Positions 8,456 through 17,537 of a stretch of DNA of 64,000 nucleotides are shown one piece after another (the stretch's first letter is position 1; each line of letters starts with the position of its first letter). Location of the stretch: assembly GCA_963827155.1 (NCBI GenBank), contig CAWGZV010000003.1:226436-290435 (forward strand). Direction: 5' to 3'. The position numbers were made by a program, and so were the translations under genes. The notes under the pieces are model-generated. The model saw only the letters and a list, made by a program, of their open reading frames with translations, did no database searches and was not told the DNA's origin. This stretch comes from an uncultured Chloroflexia bacterium. Its GTDB lineage: Bacteria; Chloroflexota; Anaerolineae; Anaerolineales; UBA4823.

Positions 8456-11054
8456 ATGGAATTAAAACCAAAAAAACACCTCACAGCGTTCGATCGGGAA
8501 AAGCGGCTGAACGGCATGTTTTTCGGCCTGATCGCCGGATTTTGGTTGGGGGTAGGAATTTGGGGGATGGATGCGATCTCGCTTGCCTCAGCGCATGGCG
8601 ATCTACCCTGGTTGAAATTCTTGATTGGAACCCCACTCCTGATGATCATCGGGGCTTTAGCCGGCTGGCTGACGGCTTTCTTCGATCGGGCAGCGCTTGG
8701 TGTCCTGTTCTGGCTGCTGGCTTCGGTTGGGATTGTATGGATCGCCAGCCACATGCCGTTTGAAGGGCTTTCCTGGGCGATCGGAGTGCTCGACCACAAC
8801 TTCGCCGGGCTGGAAATCTACCCATTTGTTGAGAGCGCCCGGATTTGGATGAGCTTGCTTTATGTCGTCGTGGGCGCCATCACCGCAATTGGCGGAGCTT
8901 TTGAGGTATTCTTCGTCGAAGCAGCGACCAGCGCGGAAAGTCATTTCAGCCGGTTCATCAAGCTGGCAAGCTGCCTGATCATTTTCATCCCAATCGGGCT
9001 GGCAGTGGACAACTTGATCAACAGCTCATTAAGAAATCCGGTCCTGGGAGTTGACGACTTGGTCCAGATAGGATTGCAGGCCCGGACAGAAAACATTCCC
9101 AAGGAACAGCAGCGCCAAATGGGGGTGAGAAAATTGACTCCTTTTCAAGGTTTTCTCACCAATCCATATCGGATTATCCTGGGCACTTATGATCCTGAAA
9201 CGCTCGACGAATTGACCATCTATATCAATTTTTCAGGAGATTGGGGGATGTGCGCCGCGATTGGCGTCCAGCCTATGGTTTGTCATATAAGCTCGGAGCG
9301 CTATCTGTAACAAGCTCGCCTGCCTTATCAAGAACGGCTCTGTGGAGAGCTGTCATCTTAAGTTGGAAGAAGGGATCTCCCCTCCACCGAAGGAAACCTT
9401 TGAGCTATTAGATCAAAAATCCCTAAATTACGGAATCATCGGACAGCGCGGAACTGCTGTGATCGTGATTGCAGAGGACAGCCAGGGTGATCAAGTGAAG
9501 TGCCTGCTGCGCGAGGCCGGGGATATATACCTGGAATCGTGCACACCGGTCACAAGGCAATCGTTTGATCCGATGCCGCTGCCTCCAACCCCGACCTCAT
9601 CCGCTCCAAAGGCTGAACCAACGCAAACGGCAGCAGGTCCAGCCGAAATGACCCCTCAGGCTGCGCTGATAGACCCAAAGCAGCTCGAACTGCCGGTTCT
9701 GGACGGCGCTCCGAGATACCAAATTTCCCTCAACCTTTCAGATGACCTGGTTTCCTTTCAAGGAAAGGCCGAAGTAGAGGTGACTAATCGAACTGGGGCA
9801 GCGCTCTCGGAGCTGTATTTCCGCCTGCTCCCAAACGGTGACAGCAGCTATGGAAATGGTGGGCTGAAAGTGCTCCAGACCAGCATTAACGGTATGCCTG
9901 CAGAGACCGAGCTTTCTGCAGAAGACACCGTGCTTAATATTACCCTGCCGGATGGGCTTGAGCCCCTGGAAATGGTTCGGGTAGGTTTTCAATTCATTGG
10001 TGAGGTTCCCGTAGATTTCGGCGGAGGTCAGACCCCGGCAGGCTACGGGATTTACAACTACTCTGACGGCGTGCTTGCTCTTTCAGGATGGTATCCGATA
10101 TTGGCAGTATATGATGATCAGGGCTGGAACCTCGACCTACCTTCAGATCTCGGGGATTCGGTTTACAGCGAGACCGGTATATATCAGGTGAAACTTGAAA
10201 TGCCGGCTGGGACGCTTTCAGCAGCCAGTGGGGTGGAGGTAGACCGCCAGGAAGATGCAGGTCGCGTTAAAATTCGCTTCGAAGGTGGACCTGTGCGAGA
10301 TTTCTTCCTGGTCATCAGCCGAACTCTGAACGACCTCAGCGAACAGGTAGGCAGCGTTCAGGTGAATTCGTATTTTCAACCAGGGAGCGAAGCCGCTGGT
10401 GAGCAAGCGCTTTCGGTTGCGGTTGAATCGCTTAAAATTTTCAATGAGAAGTTTGGCGAGTATCCCTATCGGGAGCTGGATGTTGTTGCCGCACCGATGC
10501 GAAATGCGTTGGGTGTTGAGTTCCCGGGTATTGTCTTAATCGGAGCAAATCTTTATGATGCACCAGAAAAGCCTGAATTCAGCGTCTCGATCGCCCATGA
10601 AGTCGCTCATCAATGGTGGTATGGTGTGGTGGGGAACGATGTCTTTGATGAGCCCTGGCTTGATGAAGCGCCCACAACTTACAGCTCCAGCCTTTACTAT
10701 GAGTACGCGCTAGGTCCGGAATATGCGCAGGGTTTGCGCCAGTACTGGCAGGACCGATACGACAGGATACTAAGCGAAGGAGGGGACGATTCGATTACCG
10801 CGAGCCTCCCCCATTTCGAATCCCTCAACCGCCCGGCAGTCTACGGAGCGGTCGTTTACACCAAAGGCGCGCTGTTTTTCCAGGCGTTGCGTGAAGAGAT
10901 TGGTGACGAGGCTTTTTTTAAGGGGATGCAGGATTATTATCAAACAGAGTTCTTCAACATTGCCCGAACCGACGACCTGCTGGACGCGTTTGAGCAAGCA
11001 GCCGGGCGACCTTTGGATGATTTTTACCAGGAGTGGTTGAAACTGAAACCCTGA
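8456..11054 (+). CDS. Multi-TM membrane domain fused to an M1-family zinc aminopeptidase, frameshifted at about 9308
   Basis: Removing one T at 9308 joins the TM ORF (8456-9310) to ORF 9342-11054. Motifs GVEFP, AHEVAHQWW-(18 aa)-WLDE and VYTKGA. Confidence 0.8.
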
Positions 11055-11055
11055 A

Positions 11056-12070
11056 ATGAAAACTATAAAATCCGCGATCAATTTCTTTTCGAAAATTCTT
11101 GTCCTCCTGGTCCTGACGAGCTGTGGGGTACTGCGCTCTGCTCTGCCAGAGCCAACATCAACCGCCGGGCTGCCATCGCCTGCAGTCACATCTGAACCGA
11201 TTCGCGCGACTGAGGCAGGCACGGCTGATCCTGTGGTCTTGCCGGCATTCACTCAATTGCAACCGAGCCCGACAGCACTCGAAGAGATCCGCTTTGCAGT
11301 AATTGGGGATTACGGTGAGGGGAATTAGGGTGAGCTTGAGGTCTCAAACCTGGTAAAGAGCTGGACGCCAGATTTTGTTATCACGGTTGGAGACAATAAC
11401 TACCCAATCGGATCGGCTGAAACGATCGATCAGCGAGTGGGCGAGTATTATCACGAGTTTATCTACCCCTATCGCGGCAGCTATGGGGCAGGCGCCGATC
11501 GCAACCGCTTCTTCCCTTCCCCAGGCAATCATGATTACGACAGCTTCCTGGCACAGCCCTACCTGGACTACTTCGAGCTGCCGGGGAACGAGCGGTATTA
11601 TGATTTCACTTGGGGTCCAGTATATCTTCTCGCATTAGACAGCGATTTCGCGAACGCCAGATGGAGTCTCGCAAGTCTCTATTCAGGCTCAATGGGCGCA
11701 GGCCCGCCTGGCAGAATCGAAAGCAGCCTGGAATGTGGTCTATTTTCATCATGCCCCGTATTCATCGGGTTATCACGGCCCAACGGATTGGATGCGCTGG
11801 CCGTTCGCCGAATGGGGCGCATCGGTCATCTTCAGTGGGCACGATCACGTGTATGAACGGCTGATGATCGATGGGATCCCCTATTTCATCAATGGTTTGG
11901 GAGGCGGTCCAATCTATGCTTTTCTGGGGAACTCGGAAGGCAGCCAATTTCGCTACAACGATGATTATGGGGCGTTGCTCGCGACCGCTGATTCGCAGCA
12001 GATGTCCTTCGAATTCTATAATCGGGATGGTACTTTGATTGACAGCTACCAGGTCACCAAAAACCCCTGA
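11056..12070 (+). CDS. Calcineurin-like metallophosphoesterase lipoprotein (acid-phosphatase-like), in-frame TAG at 11326 and frameshift near 11650
   Basis: Lipobox LTSC. Motifs GDYG, VGDNNY, PGNHDY, FHHAPYSSG and SGHDH are spread over three ORF pieces. Confidence 0.85.
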
Positions 12071-12089
12071 AAATGTCGGAATTCCTATC

Positions 12090-12119
12090 TTGACAAGCGC
12101 CGTAAATCTATGATAAACT
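12090..12119 (+). promoter_or_regulatory. Sigma70-type promoter of the leader/GNAT operon
   Basis: TTGACA (12090-12095), 18-nt spacer, TG-A-TAAACT. Confidence 0.65.
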
Positions 12120-12160
12120 CTATCCGCTTAACCAAACCTTAACGAAAGGAGACGCACTCA

Positions 12161-12256
12161 ATGGAGAGCATGAAGAGCTACACATTCTGCAGCAGCCTCG
12201 CCGTTTTCAGCGGTGATGTTGATATGCCTTCTCGGAGTGCGCCTATCGATCGTTAG
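12161..12256 (+). CDS. Putative 31-aa leader peptide MESMKSYTFCSSLAVFSGDVDMPSRSAPIDR
   Basis: Strong SD AAAGGAG 9 nt upstream. Lies between the promoter and two terminators. Too short for the ORF track. Confidence 0.7.
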   Translation: MESMKSYTFCSSLAVFSGDVDMPSRSAPIDR

Positions 12257-12275
12257 ATCGAACTGCTGAACTGGT

Positions 12276-12318
12276 AACAGCCACGGTGCTCTCCAAAGCC
12301 CGTGGCTGTTTTGTTTTT
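12276..12318 (+). terminator. Leader terminator 1
   Basis: Perfect 11-bp stem AACAGCCACGG/CCGTGGCTGTT followed by TTGTTTTT. Confidence 0.85.
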
Positions 12319-12337
12319 ATCATTTCCTCTGCCATCG

Positions 12338-12374
12338 CCAGCCATGGGTCCGCTTAGTGGCTGGTTTTGTTTTT
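12338..12374 (+). terminator. Leader terminator 2
   Basis: CCAGCCAT/GTGGCTGG stem followed by TTTTGTTTTT. Its sequence resembles terminator 1. Confidence 0.8.
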
Positions 12375-12404
12375 CGAGTTGTTTTGGAAAAGATGGAGCA
12401 TGAG

Positions 12405-13262
12405 ATGACAGCGGCGGTTTCGTTCAACAATGTAACTAAGCAATTCCTGAAACCAGGCCCCTCACGTCGTGGTTGGTCCACCCGCATAAGCGAAAGGATC
12501 CCAGGAGCTGGTGTCTCGACTAAAGGGAAATTTTCTGGATTAGGGACGCAAGGACTGATGGAAGAAAAGCTGGCGATCGACCATCTAACCTTCACGGTTC
12601 ATGAAGCTGAGATTTTTGGAGTAGTGGGACAGTCAGGCACAGGAAAATCGACACTGATTCGCCTTGCTGCAGCGCTTCTTCAACCTGATGAAGGCGATGT
12701 GCGTGTGTTTGGCTTCAACACAATCCGCCAGCCAAATCAGGTGCAGCACTGGATAAACCGCTTCTCCATAGGCGCCAGCTTTCTCAAGCAGCTTTCTACA
12801 ATTGAAAATCTCATACAGGCAGCCAGGATGGCAGGTATATCGACGGGCGATGCACTTCTCCGGGCAGAGAACCTTTTGAAGAAATTAGGGATGGATCAGT
12901 CTGCGATGCTGATACCAATGGAACAGCTGAGCGAAGCTATGCTTCAGCTGGTGACTTTCACCCGGGCGATAATTTCACGCCCGCGACTGCTGCTGTTGGA
13001 CGACCCGGCCTACGGCTTGGATGCCGATTCTGGGGCTCGGATGATGAAGTTGATCCATGGATGGCGAGCTGAAACTGGAGGGACGGTAATTATTACTGGA
13101 AGGCGGCTCCAGGAAATGTCCCTGATTTGTGATCGGATCATAAGTATTCAGGATGGCGGCATCGGCGGATTAGATGCTCCCGAAGTTTTGGATATCCAGC
13201 TGCCCCTTTCTGCTCAGATCCAGACAAAACCGGTGGAAGCTCTTACGCTAGAAAGTGAATAG
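12405..13262 (+). CDS. ABC-type ATP-binding protein with degenerate catalytic motifs, no adjacent permease
   Basis: Walker A GQSGTGKST intact. Signature reads LSEAM, Walker B LLLLDD, H-loop ITGR. Confidence 0.8.
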   Translation: MTAAVSFNNVTKQFLKPGPSRRGWSTRISERIPGAGVSTKGKFSGLGTQGLMEEKLAIDHLTFTVHEAEIFGVVGQSGTGKSTLIRLAAALLQPDEGDVRVFGFNTIRQPNQVQHWINRFSIGASFLKQLSTIENLIQAARMAGISTGDALLRAENLLKKLGMDQSAMLIPMEQLSEAMLQLVTFTRAIISRPRLLLLDDPAYGLDADSGARMMKLIHGWRAETGGTVIITGRRLQEMSLICDRIISIQDGGIGGLDAPEVLDIQLPLSAQIQTKPVEALTLESE

Positions 13263-13276
13263 GAGAATTGAGAATT

Positions 13277-13841
13277 ATGACAATCAGCGAACCGCTTTTC
13301 GTTGGAGAAAAGATTACCCTTAGCGCATTCGACTTCGAACAAGACCCCCTTGTCGAGTTCTGGCTGGACACACGACGCAGATTTTATGCGCATGCTGAGC
13401 CTGGACATGGCAATGCCTATGTCTCCCGGCCAGGTCAGGAAGCGATATGAGGGTATCGAGAAATCTCAGGCAGACGATGCCGACAGCTACTATTTTCAGG
13501 TCAGGCTGAACGGCGAGCAGAAACTAATTGGATTTGGTGAAATCTACGGGATTGAATGGTCCAATGCAGCCGGATTTATCCGTCTGGGAATTGGAAACCA
13601 GACCGACCGCCGGAAAGGATATGGGAGCGAAATCATGAAGCTGCTGCAGAAATTTGCTTTCCACGAGTTGAATCTTTACCGTCTGACAGCATTAATAGCG
13701 GGCTACAACCAACCCGCAATCAGGCTCTTCAAAAAAAATAGATTTCAGGAGGAAGCTCGCTCCCGGCAGGCAATCCTCCGCTATGGTCGCCGATGGGATC
13801 TGCTGATATTTGGGCTTCTGGTGGATGATTGGGTTGGCTGA
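13277..13841 (+). CDS. RimJ/RimL-family GNAT acetyltransferase, frameshifted near 13348
   Basis: LFVGEKITL...GIGNQTDRRKGYGSE...FAFHELNLYRL...YNQPAIRLFKK. Confidence 0.85.
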
Positions 13842-13867
13842 TATTTCGAAAGTAAGGAGGTTGCAGA

Positions 13868-14452
13868 ATGGAGGATCTATTTCGCGGTGAACTTGTGCAC
13901 CTGGTGGCAGAAGATCCGGAAACGATAGCCGAGTCATTCAGCCGCTGGTCGAATGACTCGGAATATACGCGCCTGCTGTTCAGCGGTGTGACTTACCCCC
14001 GATCGAAGAAATCGGTCAAGGAGTGGATAGAAAAACAAAGAGAGAAGAACCCGCCGGAGTTCCTTCTTTTCATGATCCGGCGTCTCGAAGATGACCGACT
14101 GATCGGTGAAATTGGTTTAGACGGAATAAAATGGAACCACGGTACCTGCTTTGTCGGGATCAGCATTGGAGAGCGAGAGATGTGGGGCAAAGGTTATGGG
14201 ACGGATGCGATGCGAATTATCCTGCGTTTCGCCTTCACGGAGCTCAATCTGCACCGAATTTCACTGGATGTTTTTGAATACAACCCCCGCGCAATCCGCT
14301 CTTATGAAAAAGCAGGTTTTGTGAGCGAGGGTCGTGTGCGAAGTGTGCTGAACAAAGAGGGCAAGCGTTGGGATTTTCTTTTTATGGGGATCCTTAAAGA
14401 TGAGTGGGCCGCTCTGTACAAACCCGATTTGGAGGAAGGATTGGTGAAATGA
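13868..14452 (+). CDS. RimJ/RimL-family GNAT acetyltransferase
   Basis: GISIGEREMWGKGYGTDAM...FAFTELNLHRI...NPRAIRSYEKAGF. Confidence 0.92.
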   Translation: MEDLFRGELVHLVAEDPETIAESFSRWSNDSEYTRLLFSGVTYPRSKKSVKEWIEKQREKNPPEFLLFMIRRLEDDRLIGEIGLDGIKWNHGTCFVGISIGEREMWGKGYGTDAMRIILRFAFTELNLHRISLDVFEYNPRAIRSYEKAGFVSEGRVRSVLNKEGKRWDFLFMGILKDEWAALYKPDLEEGLVK

Positions 14453-15507
14453 ATGAGTTCCTAAAGGAGCACCAAGACTATTTCGATTTTGCTGCAATGC
14501 TGCCCGCAGGTTTCCAACTGCGCGAGGCCAGGTCTGATGACCTCGAACAGGTTGTGGGTTTACTCAATTCAGCTTCACACGATTTGCATGGGATTGATTC
14601 ATTCTCAATCGCGGAAATTGCTGGGGATTGGGAGCGGCCGGGCTTTAATCTGAAAACGGATTCGCAGGTTGCAGTGGCGCCGGACGGCATCATAGCGGCT
14701 TATTTTGATGTATACGATATCACCGAGGCCCATGTCCAGATGAACTGCTGGGGTCAGGTGCATCCGAATTTCACAGGGATGGGTCTTGCATCGGCGCTCT
14801 TAGCCTGGTGTGAAATGCGCTCGCGCGCCTCAGTATTAATGGCTCCACCAGGCACTAGGGTATCGCTCAATATAAGCACCCACGCGATCAACCAAAAAGC
14901 GATCCGAGTGCTGGAGCACTGCGGATTCAAACAAGTACGGCGAAGCCTCAGGATGGTCATTGAGCTGGATGGCATCATCCCTGAAGCTGAATGGCCTCCT
15001 GGGATCACAGTGCGGGAGTTCGTGCTTGGACAGGACGACGAAGCGATTATCCAGACCTTGAAAGAGGCATTTGCCGATCACTGGGGGGCGGTGGAGCAAT
15101 CTTTTGAGCTGACACTGAAGCGCTACCGCCATTTCTGGGCGACGGATGAAGTATTCGATCCTTCGCTATATTTCCTGGCGGTAGACGATGAACAGATCGC
15201 GGGAGTCAGCATGTGTTACAGTAAAATCGAGGAAGATCCCCTGATGGGTTGGGTTGCAAGCCTGGGGGTTCGAAGACCCTGGCGCCGTAAGGGCGTTGGA
15301 TTGGCGCTGCTCCGGCATTCTTTCCGGGCTATCCAACTGCGCGGGCAGCGGCGGGTAGGCCTTGGTGTGGATGCTGAGAACCTTACCGGTGCGACGCGAC
15401 TCTATGAGCGTGCCGGGATGCATTCTGATCCGAATTGGGAATGGCGCATTTTTGAAAAAGAGCTGCGACCTGGAATCGAGATAAGCCGGCAATCATTGGA
15501 GGAATAA
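14449..15507 (+). CDS. Tandem two-domain GNAT acetyltransferase (MshD-like architecture)
   Basis: Two acetyl-CoA motifs: VHPNFTGMGLA and VRRPWRRKGVG...GATRLYERAGM. ATGA overlap with the upstream gene. Confidence 0.88.
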   Translation: MNEFLKEHQDYFDFAAMLPAGFQLREARSDDLEQVVGLLNSASHDLHGIDSFSIAEIAGDWERPGFNLKTDSQVAVAPDGIIAAYFDVYDITEAHVQMNCWGQVHPNFTGMGLASALLAWCEMRSRASVLMAPPGTRVSLNISTHAINQKAIRVLEHCGFKQVRRSLRMVIELDGIIPEAEWPPGITVREFVLGQDDEAIIQTLKEAFADHWGAVEQSFELTLKRYRHFWATDEVFDPSLYFLAVDDEQIAGVSMCYSKIEEDPLMGWVASLGVRRPWRRKGVGLALLRHSFRAIQLRGQRRVGLGVDAENLTGATRLYERAGMHSDPNWEWRIFEKELRPGIEISRQSLEE

Positions 15508-15513
15508 GGAGAT

Positions 15514-16131
15514 ATGAAAATTAAGGCGGTGATCTGGGATTTGGGAGGCGTTCTGGTGCGGACGGAAGACGGTTTGCCGCGGCAGCAGCTGGCAGAGCGA
15601 TTGAAGATCTCGCGGACGGAATTGGAGCAGATTGTCTTCGGAGGGGCATCGGGGAAGCAGGCGCAAAAAGGGGAGATTACCAGCACTCAGCATTGGGAGA
15701 ACATCCGCAAGGTGTTTGGCATTCAGGTCAATGAAGTGAAAGCTTTTCAGGAGGAGTTCTGGGGAGGCGATGTGGTGGACTACGAGCTTATCGATCATAT
15801 CCGTGGCTTGAAGCGCCTTTCCTACACGACCGGGCTGTTGAGCAACGCATTCTCGGACTTACGTGAATATGTGAGCATGGAATGGAAAATTGCGGATGCA
15901 TTTGATCAAATGGTGATTTCGGCGGAAGTTCGATTAATGAAACCAGATGAGCGGATTTATCGACTGGCAATCAATCGATTGGATGTGCAACCTGGCGAAG
16001 CGGTCTTTATCGATGACATGCTAGAGAATGTCCAGGGGGCTCGAGCAGCGGGGATGCACGCCATCCAATTTCAGAGCCGAACTCAGGCGCTTGAAGACCT
16101 TGATAATATGCTGAATGGGAGGCTGTCGTGA
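15514..16131 (+). CDS. HAD-superfamily phosphatase (subfamily IA)
   Basis: WDLGGVL, LLSN, MKPD, FIDD motifs I-IV. Confidence 0.92.
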   Translation: MKIKAVIWDLGGVLVRTEDGLPRQQLAERLKISRTELEQIVFGGASGKQAQKGEITSTQHWENIRKVFGIQVNEVKAFQEEFWGGDVVDYELIDHIRGLKRLSYTTGLLSNAFSDLREYVSMEWKIADAFDQMVISAEVRLMKPDERIYRLAINRLDVQPGEAVFIDDMLENVQGARAAGMHAIQFQSRTQALEDLDNMLNGRLS

Positions 16132-17537
16132 GCAATTCTAGTCTGACATCTTTGAGCCTGGGCGAGGCAGTCCGTCTGATCAAGGTAAAGAAGCTGTCCC
16201 CGGTCGAGCTTACCAACGCCTATCTCAGCCGGATTGAAGCGCTGAATCCGAATTTGAACTGCTTCATCACCGTCACGGCAGAATTGGCGCTAGAACAGGC
16301 TCGCCAGGCAGAGGTGGATTTGATGCGGGCTGAGACCGGCAGCGGTCCATCACTGGGTTTGATCTATGGGGCGCCGCTGGCGCTGAAAGATCTCTTTGAG
16401 ACCGCGGGTGTACGAACAACAGCCGGTGCAATTTTCCATAATGAGAATATTCCAGAGCGAGATTCAGCGGCTTACCAGAAACTGCGCAGCGCCGGAGCGA
16501 TCCTGCTTGGGAAAACCAACCTGCATGAAATCGCATTGGGTCTCACCAGCGTAAATCCCCATTATGGAGCGGTGAGGAACCCCTGGTACACAGAGCGGAT
16601 TGCTGGAGGCTCGTCTGGCGGTTCAGGCGCCGCGCTGGCAGCCAGATTGTGCGCTGGATCGCTTGGAACGGATACCGGAGGCTCCATTCGTGTGCCGTCC
16701 GCGCTGTGCGGGATTGCAGGGCTCAAGCCGACAAAAGGCCGGGTGAGCTTGAGGGGAGTTATCCCCTTGAGCTGGAATCTGGACCATGTCGGTCCTATGG
16801 CGCGAAACATTGAAGACCTGGCGCTGCTGCTGCAGGTAATCGCCGGTTACGACCGGGAAGACCCAGCCTCGATCGATGTCTCGGTTCCTAACTATCTGGA
16901 TGGTCTTCGGGGTGGCGTTAAAGACTGGCGAATTGGGCTGGTTGATGACTCCTTTTTTCAGAAGACGGAGGAAGCAGTCCGGCTGCTTGTCAACCAGGCG
17001 GCGGCTGTGTTCGATACCCTCGGGGCATCGGTAGATCTCACCGGCTTCCCAGGCGCGTATCAGGCGGCGCTGGCGAACGGGATGATGACAACAGCAGACG
17101 CGGCAGTCTACTACTCCGATCGCTTGAAGGGTCAACCAGACGACCTGGGTGAAGATGTGCGCCAGCGCTTAAACATGGGTGCTGACCTGAGTATCAGCGA
17201 TTATATCCGGGCGCGTCGCAGCCAGGTCCTCCTCAGACGGCAGTTTGAGGAGTTTTTTGATCATTTTGACATCCTGCTTACGCCTACGACACCTGTCGCC
17301 GCGCCTCCAATCTCAGGACCTGACGCGATCGAGATGGCGGGGGTACTGACACGCTACACCGCTCCGTTCAATCTTACCGGTCTGCCGGCAATTTCTATCC
17401 CTTGCGGTTTCACGAGCGAGGGTTTACCTGCAGGTCTTCAGATGATCGCCCCGCCATGGCAAGAGGCCAGGCTGCTTCAAGCGGCTTTTGCTTATGAATC
17501 AGCAACTGAATGGCACAGGTTGGAACCTGAAGTATGA
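16128..17537 (+). CDS. Amidase-signature family enzyme
   Basis: LKDLF, GKTNLHE, GGSSGGS, GTDTGGSIRVP, GLKPT, FNLTGLPAISIP. Confidence 0.92.
   Translation: MSNSSLTSLSLGEAVRLIKVKKLSPVELTNAYLSRIEALNPNLNCFITVTAELALEQARQAEVDLMRAETGSGPSLGLIYGAPLALKDLFETAGVRTTAGAIFHNENIPERDSAAYQKLRSAGAILLGKTNLHEIALGLTSVNPHYGAVRNPWYTERIAGGSSGGSGAALAARLCAGSLGTDTGGSIRVPSALCGIAGLKPTKGRVSLRGVIPLSWNLDHVGPMARNIEDLALLLQVIAGYDREDPASIDVSVPNYLDGLRGGVKDWRIGLVDDSFFQKTEEAVRLLVNQAAAVFDTLGASVDLTGFPGAYQAALANGMMTTADAAVYYSDRLKGQPDDLGEDVRQRLNMGADLSISDYIRARRSQVLLRRQFEEFFDHFDILLTPTTPVAAPPISGPDAIEMAGVLTRYTAPFNLTGLPAISIPCGFTSEGLPAGLQMIAPPWQEARLLQAAFAYESATEWHRLEPEV

Noticed and set aside
16128-17537. gatA call for the amidase
   Set aside because: There is no adjacent gatB or gatC, and the context is unrelated. 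Only the general amidase signature is supported.
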